DNA of 60,387 nucleotides from Actinomycetota bacterium. Its GTDB lineage: Bacteria > Actinomycetota > UBA4738 > HRBIN12. The notes beneath the pieces were generated by a model. It saw nothing but the letters and a program-made list of their open reading frames with translations, made no database searches and was not told the origin of the DNA. How positions within the stretch are numbered: the first letter of the stretch is position 1; every line of letters begins with the position of its first letter. The stretch is taken from assembly GCA_036395715.1 (NCBI GenBank), contig DASWDB010000141.1:1-60387 (forward strand), read 5' to 3'. The translations under genes were made by a program, and so were the position numbers. Below are positions 27,266 to 36,638 of the stretch, piece after piece.

Positions 27266-28819
27266 CTATGCCAGCCGATCGGTCAGGTGCTCCCCCACGC
27301 GGATCGCGTTGGCCATCGCGGTGAGTGCCGGGTTCACCGCCCCGATGCTCGGGAAGAAGCTGGTGTCGACGACGTAGAGGTTGTCGAGGTCGTGTGCCTT
27401 GCAGTTCGGGTCGAGGACCGACGTCGCCGGATCGTTCCCGAAGCGGCACGTGCCGGCCTGATGCGCCACGCCGGCGATCGGGATGCTCATGTGCATGTAG
27501 AAGTTCTTGTCCAACACGTGGTGATCGGCCAACCCCGTGTGGTTCAGGATCCCCTTCAGCTCGTGGTACAGGCGGCCCGCCTCGTCGTCGTTGGTGGACC
27601 GGTACGCGAGATGCACGTTCCCATCGCCGTCCAGGGTGAGGCGGTTCTCCGGGGTCGGGAGATCCTCCGTGGTGAGCCAGAAATCCACGGCGTGCCGCGC
27701 TGTCTCGGCCAGGCTCCAGTGCGGCGCCAGCTTCGTCAGCTTCGGCTCCTCGCCCTTCATCGCCTCCGCGTTGGACTTGCCGACCATCTGGATCTGCCCG
27801 ACCGGCCAGTCGTAGTCCTTCGCCCCGAAGTAGAAGTCGTTGACAGCCAGGGTCTTCTGGAAGACCGAGTCGTTCGGCTCCTTCGAGAGCGCCACGACGG
27901 CCTTGCTGTTGTGGAACATGTAGTTGCGTCCGACCTCATCGGATGCGTTCGCGAGCCCGTTCGGATGGGTGTCGCTCGCCGACGCCAGCAGGATCTTCGC
28001 ACTGTTCGACGCACCGGCCGAAAGAGCGACGATGTCGCCCACGTACGTCTCCTGCGTGCCGTCCCGCGCGACGACCACCCCGGTCACGGTTCGGCCGGAC
28101 GGGTCGGTCTCGAGCCGCACCACCTCGGCGTTCACGAGCAGCGTCACGTTCGGCGACTCGAGCGCGGGCCGTACGGCGATCGCCTCGGCATCGGACTTCG
28201 CGTGCACGAGACAGGGATAGCCGTCGCACCACGTGCACCGGATGCAGGTGCTCATGGCCCTGTGGCCCTCGTCGAGCATGATCCCGCACGGGGCGTGGTA
28301 CGGGTGATAGCCGGCGGCGGTCAGGTCGTCCGAAAGCTGCTGGATCCGAGGCTCGTGCGAGACCGCGGGCCACGGGTATTGCTGGCTCCAATGGCCCTCG
28401 ATGGGATCCTCGCCGTGAAGCCCGTGCACCTGGTACAGCTGCTCGGCCTTCGAGTACCACGGCTCGAAGTCGTCGTAGGAGAGCGGCCACGCCGGCGAGA
28501 CGCCGTCGATGTGCTTCAGCTCCCCGAAGTCCTGCGGCCGCAGCCGGTACAGCGCGGCCCCGTACAGCTTCGTGGCACCACCCACGAAGTAGTGCACCTG
28601 GGGCTGGAACGGCTCCCCCGCAGGGTCGTACCACGTGTCCTGCGAGACGTACTTGCCTTGGACGAACACGGGATCCGGATCCCAGTTGTCTCGCTCGCGT
28701 GGAAGGAAGTCGCCACGCTCGAGCAGCAGGATCTTCTTCCCCGACTGGGCGAGCGTGTGTGCGAGCGTGCCGCCACCGGCTCCGGTCCCGATGATGATCA
28801 CGTCGTATCGCTCAGGCAT
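27266..28819 (-). CDS. GMC-family FAD oxidoreductase
   Basis: Starts at MPERYDVIIIGTGAGGGTLAHTLAQSGKKILLLERG (GxGxxG), preceded by GGGGAGA. C-terminal HQAGTCRFG...LYVVDTSFFPSIGAVNP is the GMC signature. Confidence 0.88.
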   Translation of the reverse strand: MPERYDVIIIGTGAGGGTLAHTLAQSGKKILLLERGDFLPRERDNWDPDPVFVQGKYVSQDTWYDPAGEPFQPQVHYFVGGATKLYGAALYRLRPQDFGELKHIDGVSPAWPLSYDDFEPWYSKAEQLYQVHGLHGEDPIEGHWSQQYPWPAVSHEPRIQQLSDDLTAAGYHPYHAPCGIMLDEGHRAMSTCIRCTWCDGYPCLVHAKSDAEAIAVRPALESPNVTLLVNAEVVRLETDPSGRTVTGVVVARDGTQETYVGDIVALSAGASNSAKILLASASDTHPNGLANASDEVGRNYMFHNSKAVVALSKEPNDSVFQKTLAVNDFYFGAKDYDWPVGQIQMVGKSNAEAMKGEEPKLTKLAPHWSLAETARHAVDFWLTTEDLPTPENRLTLDGDGNVHLAYRSTNDDEAGRLYHELKGILNHTGLADHHVLDKNFYMHMSIPIAGVAHQAGTCRFGNDPATSVLDPNCKAHDLDNLYVVDTSFFPSIGAVNPALTAMANAIRVGEHLTDRLA

Positions 28820-30101
28820 CGTCGTCTCCCCAATCGATGTGTGCGGCGTCGGACCTGTCCAGGATCTGTGGTGCACGGCCCTTGCCGTGGTAGTCCCACG
28901 CCCAGCTGATGAACGCATCGACCCGCTGCCGAACCCCGCTCATGAGCCAGGCGTGCACGCCGAGCCACGCCGCGAACGCGACCGCGCCGTGGAGCTCGTG
29001 GCGATGCTCGCCCATCTCGGCGACCGCCGCCCCCCGGCCGATCATCGCCATGATCCCCTTGTCGTGGTAGTCGAACGGTTCGCGTGGCTTCCCCGCGAGG
29101 TCCGCGAGGATGTTGTCGGCCGCCTGGACCCCGGCTTGCAAGGCGACCGAGCCGAGCTGCGGGAACGCGTTGCCGTCCCCGGCCGGGATGTTGGCGATGT
29201 CGCCGACCACGTAGACGCCCGGGTGGTCGGCCACCGTGAGGTCGGGCAGCACGTCGATGCGCCCACCACGTCCCTGCTTGAGCCCCGAGGTGTCCGCGAG
29301 CGGTGCGGCCATCAGACCGCCTCCCCAGACGACGCAATGGGTCGGGATCGCGTCGCCGTCCGAGAGCAGAACGTGGTCGGCGGCGATCTCCTTCACGGAC
29401 GTCCCGAGCCGGAGTTCGACGCCGAAGTCCGTCAGGACCTTGGACGCGTAGTCGTGCGCCTTGGGTGAGAAGGGCCCCAGGACCGCGTCGCCGAGGTCGA
29501 CCATGATGACCTTCGCGTGATCGACCGCCAGTTCGTGGTACTGGGACGGCATCACGTCACGGACCAGCTCGGCGATCGCCCCCGCAACTTCGGTTCCCGT
29601 GGCGCCGGCTCCGACGATCACGAAGTTCAAGGCGCCCTTGTCCACGAGCGAGGGATCCCGGTCGGCATCTTCGAAGACCGCCAGGATCCGCGCCCGCAGC
29701 CGCTTCGCATCCTCGAGGGAGTACAGCGGGAACAGGTGCTCCGCGCCGGGCGTGTCGAAGAAGTTCGCCTGGCTCCCGGCGGCGAGAACGAGGAAGTCCC
29801 CGGAGAACGCCTGGGCACCGGTGAGCGTCACGGTCTTCGTCTCGGGGTCGGCGGACGCGACCTCGCCGAGCTTCACGCTGATGCTCGGGTGCTTCCGGAA
29901 CAGCTGACGGATGTCCATCGCCACATCGGAGGCCGAGAGCTGATACGTCGCCACCTGGTACAGGAGCGGCAGGAACTGGTGGTAGTTGTGCTTGTCGATC
30001 AGGGTGACATGGACGTCGTCGTCGTGCTTCGCGAGCTCTTTCGCGCAGCCGATCCCGGCGAACCCGGCGCCCACGATCACCACTTCTGCTGGTGTGCTCA
30101 C
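28812..30101 (-). CDS. ndh: Type II NADH dehydrogenase (NDH-2)
   Basis: GTG start 7 nt after GAAGGAGGAG. VVIVGAGFAGIGCAKEL and FVIVGAGATGTEVAGAI are the two Rossmann folds. Overlaps the GMC gene start by 8 nt. Confidence 0.88.
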   Translation of the reverse strand: MSTPAEVVIVGAGFAGIGCAKELAKHDDDVHVTLIDKHNYHQFLPLLYQVATYQLSASDVAMDIRQLFRKHPSISVKLGEVASADPETKTVTLTGAQAFSGDFLVLAAGSQANFFDTPGAEHLFPLYSLEDAKRLRARILAVFEDADRDPSLVDKGALNFVIVGAGATGTEVAGAIAELVRDVMPSQYHELAVDHAKVIMVDLGDAVLGPFSPKAHDYASKVLTDFGVELRLGTSVKEIAADHVLLSDGDAIPTHCVVWGGGLMAAPLADTSGLKQGRGGRIDVLPDLTVADHPGVYVVGDIANIPAGDGNAFPQLGSVALQAGVQAADNILADLAGKPREPFDYHDKGIMAMIGRGAAVAEMGEHRHELHGAVAFAAWLGVHAWLMSGVRQRVDAFISWAWDYHGKGRAPQILDRSDAAHIDWGDDDA

Positions 30102-31051
30102 GCTCGATCTCCTCCTTCGGTCCTGTTGGCGATCCCCCAGGCGCCGGTCCACGCACGATCCGGCTGCAGGCGGAGCACGCCGAGTCCGGAGCGGAACGCG
30201 TTCGCCGGACACGTCATGGGCTCGATCGCGATCCCGCGCCTCCGGCGTAGCGCGGGCTCCAACGTGTCGCCCGTGTACACCATCAGGTAGTCGAACCCGC
30301 GCCCGGCCCACACCGACGCGCTTCGTTCGCCGGGACCGTCGACGGATGCGCGCACCACGCCGTCATCGCCGCGGACCAGGTCCGTGAAGCAGGTGTCCAT
30401 CACGGTCGCGCCGATCGCCCGTCGCGTCCCGAAGTCGAACGGCGTTCCCTGCACGGGTTCGTCGGTGGTCGGCAGCCCACGTTCGTCGGTCGCCATGTGA
30501 CGGCGGGCCGGAACCTCCAGGAGGACCTCGTCGAGCGACGCCCCGACCGTCAGGTACGGATGGAACCCGATCCCGAACGGCGCCGGACCATCGGAGCGAT
30601 TCGTGGCCTTGGCCGTGATGGTTAGTCCGTCCGGAGCGAGCCGGTACGAAACCTGGAGCTCAAGCAGCCAGGGATAGGCCGGTTGCGGGTGCAGGACGCA
30701 GCCGAGCGTCACGGCGTTCCCGCCTTCGGTTCTCGAGCTCAGTTGCCACGGGAGCCACCGCACGAGCCCGTGGATCGCGTTTCGGCGCTCCGGCTCGTCC
30801 AGGGCAGCCCGGCCCTCCTTGTCGTACCGCGTGTACCGACCGTCCTCGAGGCGGTTCGGCCACGGGGCCAGGATCTGGCCACGCCCTGCCAAAGACATCT
30901 CGCCGACGTCGAACCCGTCGACCACGTCGGCGCCATCGACGGCGTATGAGCGAAGGGTCGCTCCGACCTCGGTGATGACCGCTCGCTGGTTCTCGAAGGA
31001 GATCTCGTGCTGAAGCCCCGAGGGGATCGCGGTCGTGATCGAAGTCGGCAT
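30098..31051 (-). CDS. Aldose 1-epimerase (mutarotase) family protein
   Basis: ILAPWPNRLEDGRY, NAIHGLVRW and FGIGFHPYLTV are typical of the galactose-mutarotase-like fold. GTGA overlap with ndh. Confidence 0.8.
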   Translation of the reverse strand: MPTSITTAIPSGLQHEISFENQRAVITEVGATLRSYAVDGADVVDGFDVGEMSLAGRGQILAPWPNRLEDGRYTRYDKEGRAALDEPERRNAIHGLVRWLPWQLSSRTEGGNAVTLGCVLHPQPAYPWLLELQVSYRLAPDGLTITAKATNRSDGPAPFGIGFHPYLTVGASLDEVLLEVPARRHMATDERGLPTTDEPVQGTPFDFGTRRAIGATVMDTCFTDLVRGDDGVVRASVDGPGERSASVWAGRGFDYLMVYTGDTLEPALRRRRGIAIEPMTCPANAFRSGLGVLRLQPDRAWTGAWGIANRTEGGDRA

Positions 31052-31062
31052 CGAGATACCGA

Positions 31063-32934
31063 CTACAGCTCGGCGAGCCGTTCGGACAGGATCAGCCGGC
31101 CCGCCGCTTCGATCATCGCGAGATGCGAGAACGCCTGCGGGAAGTTGCCGAGGTGGTGACCGGTCTCCGTGTCGAACTCCTCCGCGTACAGACCGAGCGG
31201 TGACGAGATGCGGATGAGGCGCTCCAAGAGGTCGCGCGCACGCTGCTCCTCGCCGATGATGGCGAGCGCGGAGACCAACCAGAACGAACAGATCAGGAAC
31301 GTGCCCTCCTTGCCGGAAAGACCGTCGTCGGTCTCGTCCGTGCGGTAGCGGAGGACGAAGCCGTCTTCGGTGAGGTCGTCGGCGATCGCGAGCACCGTGG
31401 CACGGAGCCGGTCGTCGTCAGGTGGCAGGAACCCGAAGATGGCCGCGAGCAAGACGGAGGCGTCCAGCGATCCGGTTGCGTAATGCTGCTTGAGGACGCC
31501 CTTGTCGTTGATGCCGTTCTTCAGGATGTCGGCCTGGATCTCATCGGCGGTCGTGCGCCACGCGGCCTCGAGGTCCTTGTCGCCGCGGATCCCTGCCAGG
31601 TTCGCGGCGCGATCCATCGCAACCCAGCACATCAGCTTCGAGGAGACGTAGTGTTGCGGTGCGCCGCGCGCCTCCCAGATCCCCTGGTCGGGCTCTTGCC
31701 AGACCTTCTGCGCGCACGTTGCCTGGCTCTGGACGATCGGCCAGAGACGTCGCGGCAGCCGTTCGCTCCTGCGGGTATGCAGGAGGATCGAGTCGAGCAC
31801 GGCCCCGAAGACGTCGTTCTGGCGCTGGTCGAACGCCCCGTTGCCGATCCGGACGGGACGGGCGCCGGCGTACCCGGACAGGTCGTCCCTCGTGGTCTCG
31901 GTGAGGTCCCGACGGCCGTCGATCCCGTACATGATCTGCAGCGATCCATCCTCGGTCGGCTCCACATCGGCGACGAACTGCATGAATTCGTCGGCCTCCC
32001 AGTCGAGCTGAAGGAGGTGGAGCGCTCGGAGGGTGAACGTGGTGTCGCGGATCCACGTGTACCGATAGTCCCAGTTCCGCTCCCCACCGGGGGTCTCGGG
32101 AAGCGACGTCGTGAGCGCGGCGACGGTCGCGCCCGTCGGCATGTACGTCAGGCCCTTGATCGCCAGCGCCGAGCGCTCGAGCATCGCACGCCACGGGTGA
32201 TCGATCGCGCGCGCGTGATCCAGCCATCCGCGCCAATAGCGGACGGTCGCGACGATGCGGGCGTCGGCCTCGTCGGCCGTTGCGGGTGCGGCGAAGTCCT
32301 CGGCCCACGACAGGGCGCAGAACAGCCGCTCGCCGGCCGAGATGACGTGTCTGGCGCGGACCCGCCCTCCTTCGATCCCGAGCGGCATGTCGGTCGTGAG
32401 GCGGACCGTCACGCCGGCGCCGGTCGCATCGGCGGTGTGACGGGCGTCGTCGACCAGCGCCCACGCGGCCGACGTCCGCCCGTAATCGAACACCGGCTCG
32501 CAGATCAGCTCGATCTCGACACGACCCTCGAGGCAGACGATCGTGCGCACCAGCGTGTGGTCCGCGTCGTCATCGGCCGGTGGACGCGTGTGGGGCGTGA
32601 CCGTGTCGTCACCCTCGCGGGTGCCCATGGTCAACGCGTCCCGGACCTCCACCCATCCGTCCGCGGTCCGCCAGGTCGTCACGAGCGTGTTCGTGCCGGC
32701 CTCGTAGACGCGCGACGCGGGGACGTTGATCCCGAACGGGGCCAGGCGGAAGTTGCCGGCCTCTCGATCCAGGAGGGTGCCGAAGACGCTGGGTGCGTCG
32801 AAGCTCGGGACGCAGAGCCAGTCGACCGAACCGTCCGGGGCGACCAAGGCCCCGGTGTGGCAATCCGACAGGAACGCGTAGTCGTCGATCGGGGGGAACG
32901 GCGACGGCATCGCCGCGCTCTGCCGAGCGCTCAT
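31063..32934 (-). CDS. Glycoside hydrolase family 15 (glucoamylase/trehalase-like)
   Basis: Starts at MSARQSAAMPSPFPPIDDYAFLSDCHTGALVAPDGSVDWLCVPSFDAPSVFGTLLD, with WDYRYTWIRDTTFTL and the (alpha/alpha)6 C-terminal region. ATGA overlap with the zwf stop. Confidence 0.88.
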   Translation of the reverse strand: MSARQSAAMPSPFPPIDDYAFLSDCHTGALVAPDGSVDWLCVPSFDAPSVFGTLLDREAGNFRLAPFGINVPASRVYEAGTNTLVTTWRTADGWVEVRDALTMGTREGDDTVTPHTRPPADDDADHTLVRTIVCLEGRVEIELICEPVFDYGRTSAAWALVDDARHTADATGAGVTVRLTTDMPLGIEGGRVRARHVISAGERLFCALSWAEDFAAPATADEADARIVATVRYWRGWLDHARAIDHPWRAMLERSALAIKGLTYMPTGATVAALTTSLPETPGGERNWDYRYTWIRDTTFTLRALHLLQLDWEADEFMQFVADVEPTEDGSLQIMYGIDGRRDLTETTRDDLSGYAGARPVRIGNGAFDQRQNDVFGAVLDSILLHTRRSERLPRRLWPIVQSQATCAQKVWQEPDQGIWEARGAPQHYVSSKLMCWVAMDRAANLAGIRGDKDLEAAWRTTADEIQADILKNGINDKGVLKQHYATGSLDASVLLAAIFGFLPPDDDRLRATVLAIADDLTEDGFVLRYRTDETDDGLSGKEGTFLICSFWLVSALAIIGEEQRARDLLERLIRISSPLGLYAEEFDTETGHHLGNFPQAFSHLAMIEAAGRLILSERLAEL

Positions 32935-34348
32935 GACGTCACCCACGGCTCGTGCCAACGGCCGTGTCCCGCCACCAAGTCGTCGGCGGCCTGAGGACCC
33001 CAGGACCCTTGGGCGTACGGATGGACGGCAGGCGGCGAATCCAGCAGGGGCTGCATGATCCGCCAGGCCTCCTCGACCGCGTCCTGCCGGGTGAATCGCG
33101 TGCTGTCCCCGATCATGGCCGCGTGCAGGAGGACTTCGTACGGCGTTGGACCCTCTCCGCCCTGGGTCGAGAACTCCATGTCGAGGGTGATCGGCTCTGC
33201 ACCGGGCGCATCGCTGCGATGCGCTTCGACCACCATCCTGATCCCCGTCGTCGGATCGAGCCTGACCACGACCTGGTTCGGTTCGGCGTCTCGACCCAAC
33301 ATGTTGAAGCCGAGCTTGGGCGGATGCTTGAACACCAGCCGTAGCTCGGTCTGCGTGGCCGCCAGATGCTTGCCGGTGCGGATGAAGAACGGAACGCCCG
33401 CCCAACGCCAGTTCTCGATGTCCAGGCGGAGCGCCGCGTACGTCTCGGTCGTCGAGTCGGGGGCGACGCCGTCGGTCTTCAGGTAGCCGTCGTACTGGCC
33501 CCGGACGTAGTGCGCCGAGTCTGCGTCGGCGACCGCGCGGAAGAGTGCGACCTGCGACTCCTTGATCGTCTGAGGGTCGCCCCGGGACGGAGCCTCCATG
33601 GCCGATGCCGCCACCACCTGCATCAGATGATTGACGACCACGTCGCGGAGCGCACCGACCGGATCGTAGAAGTGGCCACGGTCCTCGACGCCGAAACTCT
33701 CCGCCATCGTGATCTGCACGCTCTCGAGGTAATTCCGGCTCCAGACGGGCTCGAGCATGGCGTTCATGAATCGGAGGTGGAGGATCTCGACCAGGCCCAT
33801 CTTCCCCAGGTAGTGGTCGATCCGGTAGAGCTGTGACTCGTCGATGTACTGATGCAGCTCGGCCGCCAGCTCGCCCGCAGACTTCAGGTCGTGCCCGAAC
33901 GGCTTCTCGACGACGACGCGCGCCGTCTTCGTCAGGCCCGCGTCCGAGAGTCCCTTCACGACCGTTCCGAACAGAACGGGGGGATCTCGAGGTAGAAGAC
34001 CGGCGACTCCTTGCCCTTGATCGCGTCCGCGACGCGACCGTACGCCGCGGCGTCGGAGAAATCGCCCTGCACGTAGGAGAGCCGCTCCGCGAAGCGGTCG
34101 AACACCACCTTGTCCAGCGCCTCGCCGGTCCCTTCGATGCATTGGCGCGCGTGCTCCCTGAGCTTGTCGAGGGTCCAGTCGTCGACCGCCACCCCGACGA
34201 TCGGGCAGTCGAGCAACTTGCGCATCTCCAGCCGGTAGAGCGAACGGAACGTCATCACCTTGGCCAAATCGCCGGTGATCCCGAAGACGACGAGCACGTC
34301 TGCCGGCCGAGGCTCGGATGGAAGCCGTTGCGATGTATCAGAAGCCAT
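32931..34348 (-). pseudogene. zwf: Glucose-6-phosphate dehydrogenase, reading frame broken by a 1-nt deficit in a G6/C6 homopolymer (real frameshift or sequencing error)
   Basis: The N-terminal ORF 33956..34348 (VVFGITGDLAKVMTFRSLYRL ... VFYLEIPP) and the C-terminal ORF 32931..34142 (VLFGTVVKGL, EKPFGHDL, RIDHYLGK) are consecutive Zwf segments in different frames. They meet at 33978-33983. Confidence 0.85.
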
Positions 34349-34459
34349 CGATCGATCCCCCTAAGGTCCAACGACGGCGAGCGCCGCACCTGTGAGTGTG
34401 ACCGGGGGCATCGTCGTTGGCATCATCCGATACGGACGATTCCTGCTCGGCCCGACCGG

Positions 34460-35122
34460 CTACTGGAGAACGTTGACGGCCCGAGCGATGACGAGCCCCA
34501 AGATGGCGAGCGAGATGAGCGCTTGCAGCGCCATCGTGAGTTTCGCCCAGTGGGCCAGCGGCATGGCGTCGGTCGGACTGAACGCGACGGCGTCCGTGAC
34601 ACCCACGTAGAAGTAGTCGACGAACTGCGGCCGCCAGCTGGGAGGGGATATCTCGGGATCCAACTGTTGAGGGAAGGCGAAGTCAGGGCTCGCGGGCATC
34701 CCATAGGCGCGCGCGGCTGGGCCGCCGCCGTCGAATTCCCAATACAGCAAGGCGAACGCCAGGATGTTGATCAGCCAGACGGACCCGCCGGCCGTCAGCA
34801 ACGTCGTCCCGTTCTGGAACTGGGGCACGACCTCGATCAGATCCTTGATCAGGATGACCGTCGAGACGAGCGCCGACAGGACCATCAGCAGGACGAGGGC
34901 GATCGAGAGGCCCCGCAGCACCTTGGACGTCTTGGTGATCGCGCCCGGGTCGGTGGCGATCAACGCCACCAGCAGGATCGCCATCCCGCTCGGGAAGATC
35001 CAACGAGGGCCAGAGGTCAGGCGCTCCGGGAGGGCCATCGTGAGCGAGATGACGGACACGACGGCGAGGGTCATCGGCCATCTCGGCTCGCCCTTCACAC
35101 GCTCGCCGCTCGACGAGGCCAT
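34460..35122 (-). CDS. DUF1345 family integral membrane protein
   Basis: Starts at MASSSGERVKGEPRWPMTLAVVSV, 2 nt after the gad stop. WEFDGGGPAAR and WRPQFVDYFYVGVTDAVAFSPTDAMPLAHWAKLTMALQALISLAILGLVIARAVNVL match the DUF1345 signature as I recall it. Confidence 0.8.
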   Translation of the reverse strand: MASSSGERVKGEPRWPMTLAVVSVISLTMALPERLTSGPRWIFPSGMAILLVALIATDPGAITKTSKVLRGLSIALVLLMVLSALVSTVILIKDLIEVVPQFQNGTTLLTAGGSVWLINILAFALLYWEFDGGGPAARAYGMPASPDFAFPQQLDPEISPPSWRPQFVDYFYVGVTDAVAFSPTDAMPLAHWAKLTMALQALISLAILGLVIARAVNVLQ

Positions 35123-35124
35123 GC

Positions 35125-36516
35125 TCAGTGGTGGAAGGCGCTCGTCGGCGCGGCAGGCTTCGGCAAGGGACTCGGCAAGGAGTCCAGGTACCCGACCGAG
35201 CTGCGGATGTCGGCGAGCAGCAGGCTCGTGAGGTCCATCGACACGCCGTTGCGGAACACGACCCGCATGACCGTCATGTCCTGCAGATCCGCCGGCATCG
35301 GATACGCGGGGACCTGCCACCCGCGTTCCCGAAGCCTGGCGGAGAGGTCGTGCAGATCCCAATCTCGCTCGCCGGTCAATGTCCAGGTCACGAGCGGCAT
35401 CGTCGACCCGTTCGAGAGCAACTCGAACTCCTCCATCTCAGCGATCTCGGTCGCGAAGCGCCGTGCGGCGTCGCGGCACGCGGCGTGCACCCTGCGGTAC
35501 CCCTCGCGACCGAGTCGCAGGAAGTTGTAGTACTGCAGCAAAACCTGGGCGCCGGGACGCGAGAAGTTGAGCGCGAGCGTGGGCATGTCGCCTCCGAGGT
35601 AGCTCACGGAGAAGATCAGTTCGTCCGGCAGGTACTCCTGCTTCGCCCAGACGACCCACCCGAGGCCCGGGTACACCAACCCGAACTTGTGTCCCGACGC
35701 GTTGATCGAATGCACGCGTGGCAGGCGGAAGTCCCACTCCAGATCGGGATCGAGGAACGGCGCGATGAACGCGCCCGAGGCGCCGTCGACGTGCAGCGGC
35801 ACGTCGAGCCCCGTCCGCTCCTGCAGGTCGTCCAAGGCTGCGGCCAGTTCCTTCACCGGCTCGTAGTCGCCCGTGTACGTGACACCGAGGATCGCGAGCA
35901 CCCCGATCGTGTGTTCGTCGACCGCGGCGAGCATCCCCTCGGGCGTGAGATTCGGATGCTCCTTGGAGACCGGGACGTAGCGGGGTTCGACGTCCCAGTA
36001 CGCGGCGAACTTCTCCCAGACCACCTGGACGGATGAGCTGAACACGATGTTGGGGCTGTCGATCGACTTCCCCGCATCCCGCCGCGACTTCTCCCACCGC
36101 CGCTTGAACGCGAGTCCGGCGAGCATGCAAGCTTCCGACGACCCGATCGCCGACGTCCCGATCGTCGTGTGCGGTTCGGGCGAGTTCCAGAGATCGGCGA
36201 GGATATGGACGCACCGCTCTTCGATGGCCGCCGTCTGCGGATATTCGTCCTTGTCGATCATGTTCTTGTCGAACGCTTCCGAGTAGAGCTTCGCGGCTTG
36301 CGGCTCCATCCAGGTCGTCACGAACGTCGCGAGGTTCTGCCGAGCGTTCCCGTCTAACAGGATCTCGTCGTGGATGATCTGGTAGGCGGAATCCGGGAGC
36401 ATCTCCCCGTCGGGGATGCGCCACCTCGGGATCGCGGTCTCGCCGCCACGGGCGAACATCGGATTGACCGAGATCTCCTCCGATGCGTTCGTTCTATCGT
36501 GTTCGTGTCCGGTCAT
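35125..36516 (-). CDS. gadB: Glutamate decarboxylase (PLP-dependent)
   Basis: LDGNARQNLATFVTTWMEP, IGSSEACMLAG and INASGHKFGLVYPGLGWVVW (PLP lysine motif SGHK). GAGGGAGGGGA Shine-Dalgarno. Confidence 0.92.
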   Translation of the reverse strand: MTGHEHDRTNASEEISVNPMFARGGETAIPRWRIPDGEMLPDSAYQIIHDEILLDGNARQNLATFVTTWMEPQAAKLYSEAFDKNMIDKDEYPQTAAIEERCVHILADLWNSPEPHTTIGTSAIGSSEACMLAGLAFKRRWEKSRRDAGKSIDSPNIVFSSSVQVVWEKFAAYWDVEPRYVPVSKEHPNLTPEGMLAAVDEHTIGVLAILGVTYTGDYEPVKELAAALDDLQERTGLDVPLHVDGASGAFIAPFLDPDLEWDFRLPRVHSINASGHKFGLVYPGLGWVVWAKQEYLPDELIFSVSYLGGDMPTLALNFSRPGAQVLLQYYNFLRLGREGYRRVHAACRDAARRFATEIAEMEEFELLSNGSTMPLVTWTLTGERDWDLHDLSARLRERGWQVPAYPMPADLQDMTVMRVVFRNGVSMDLTSLLLADIRSSVGYLDSLPSPLPKPAAPTSAFHH

Positions 36517-36638
36517 CGGAAGTCCCCTCCCTCAGAGCAACAGCGCGAAGCCGTGCTCGCGGATGCGTGGACGACGACAGCCGATGTCGCATGATGAGCG
36601 CCAGGTCCACGAGACGAGCGCCGAGCCCGTCTCAGACG

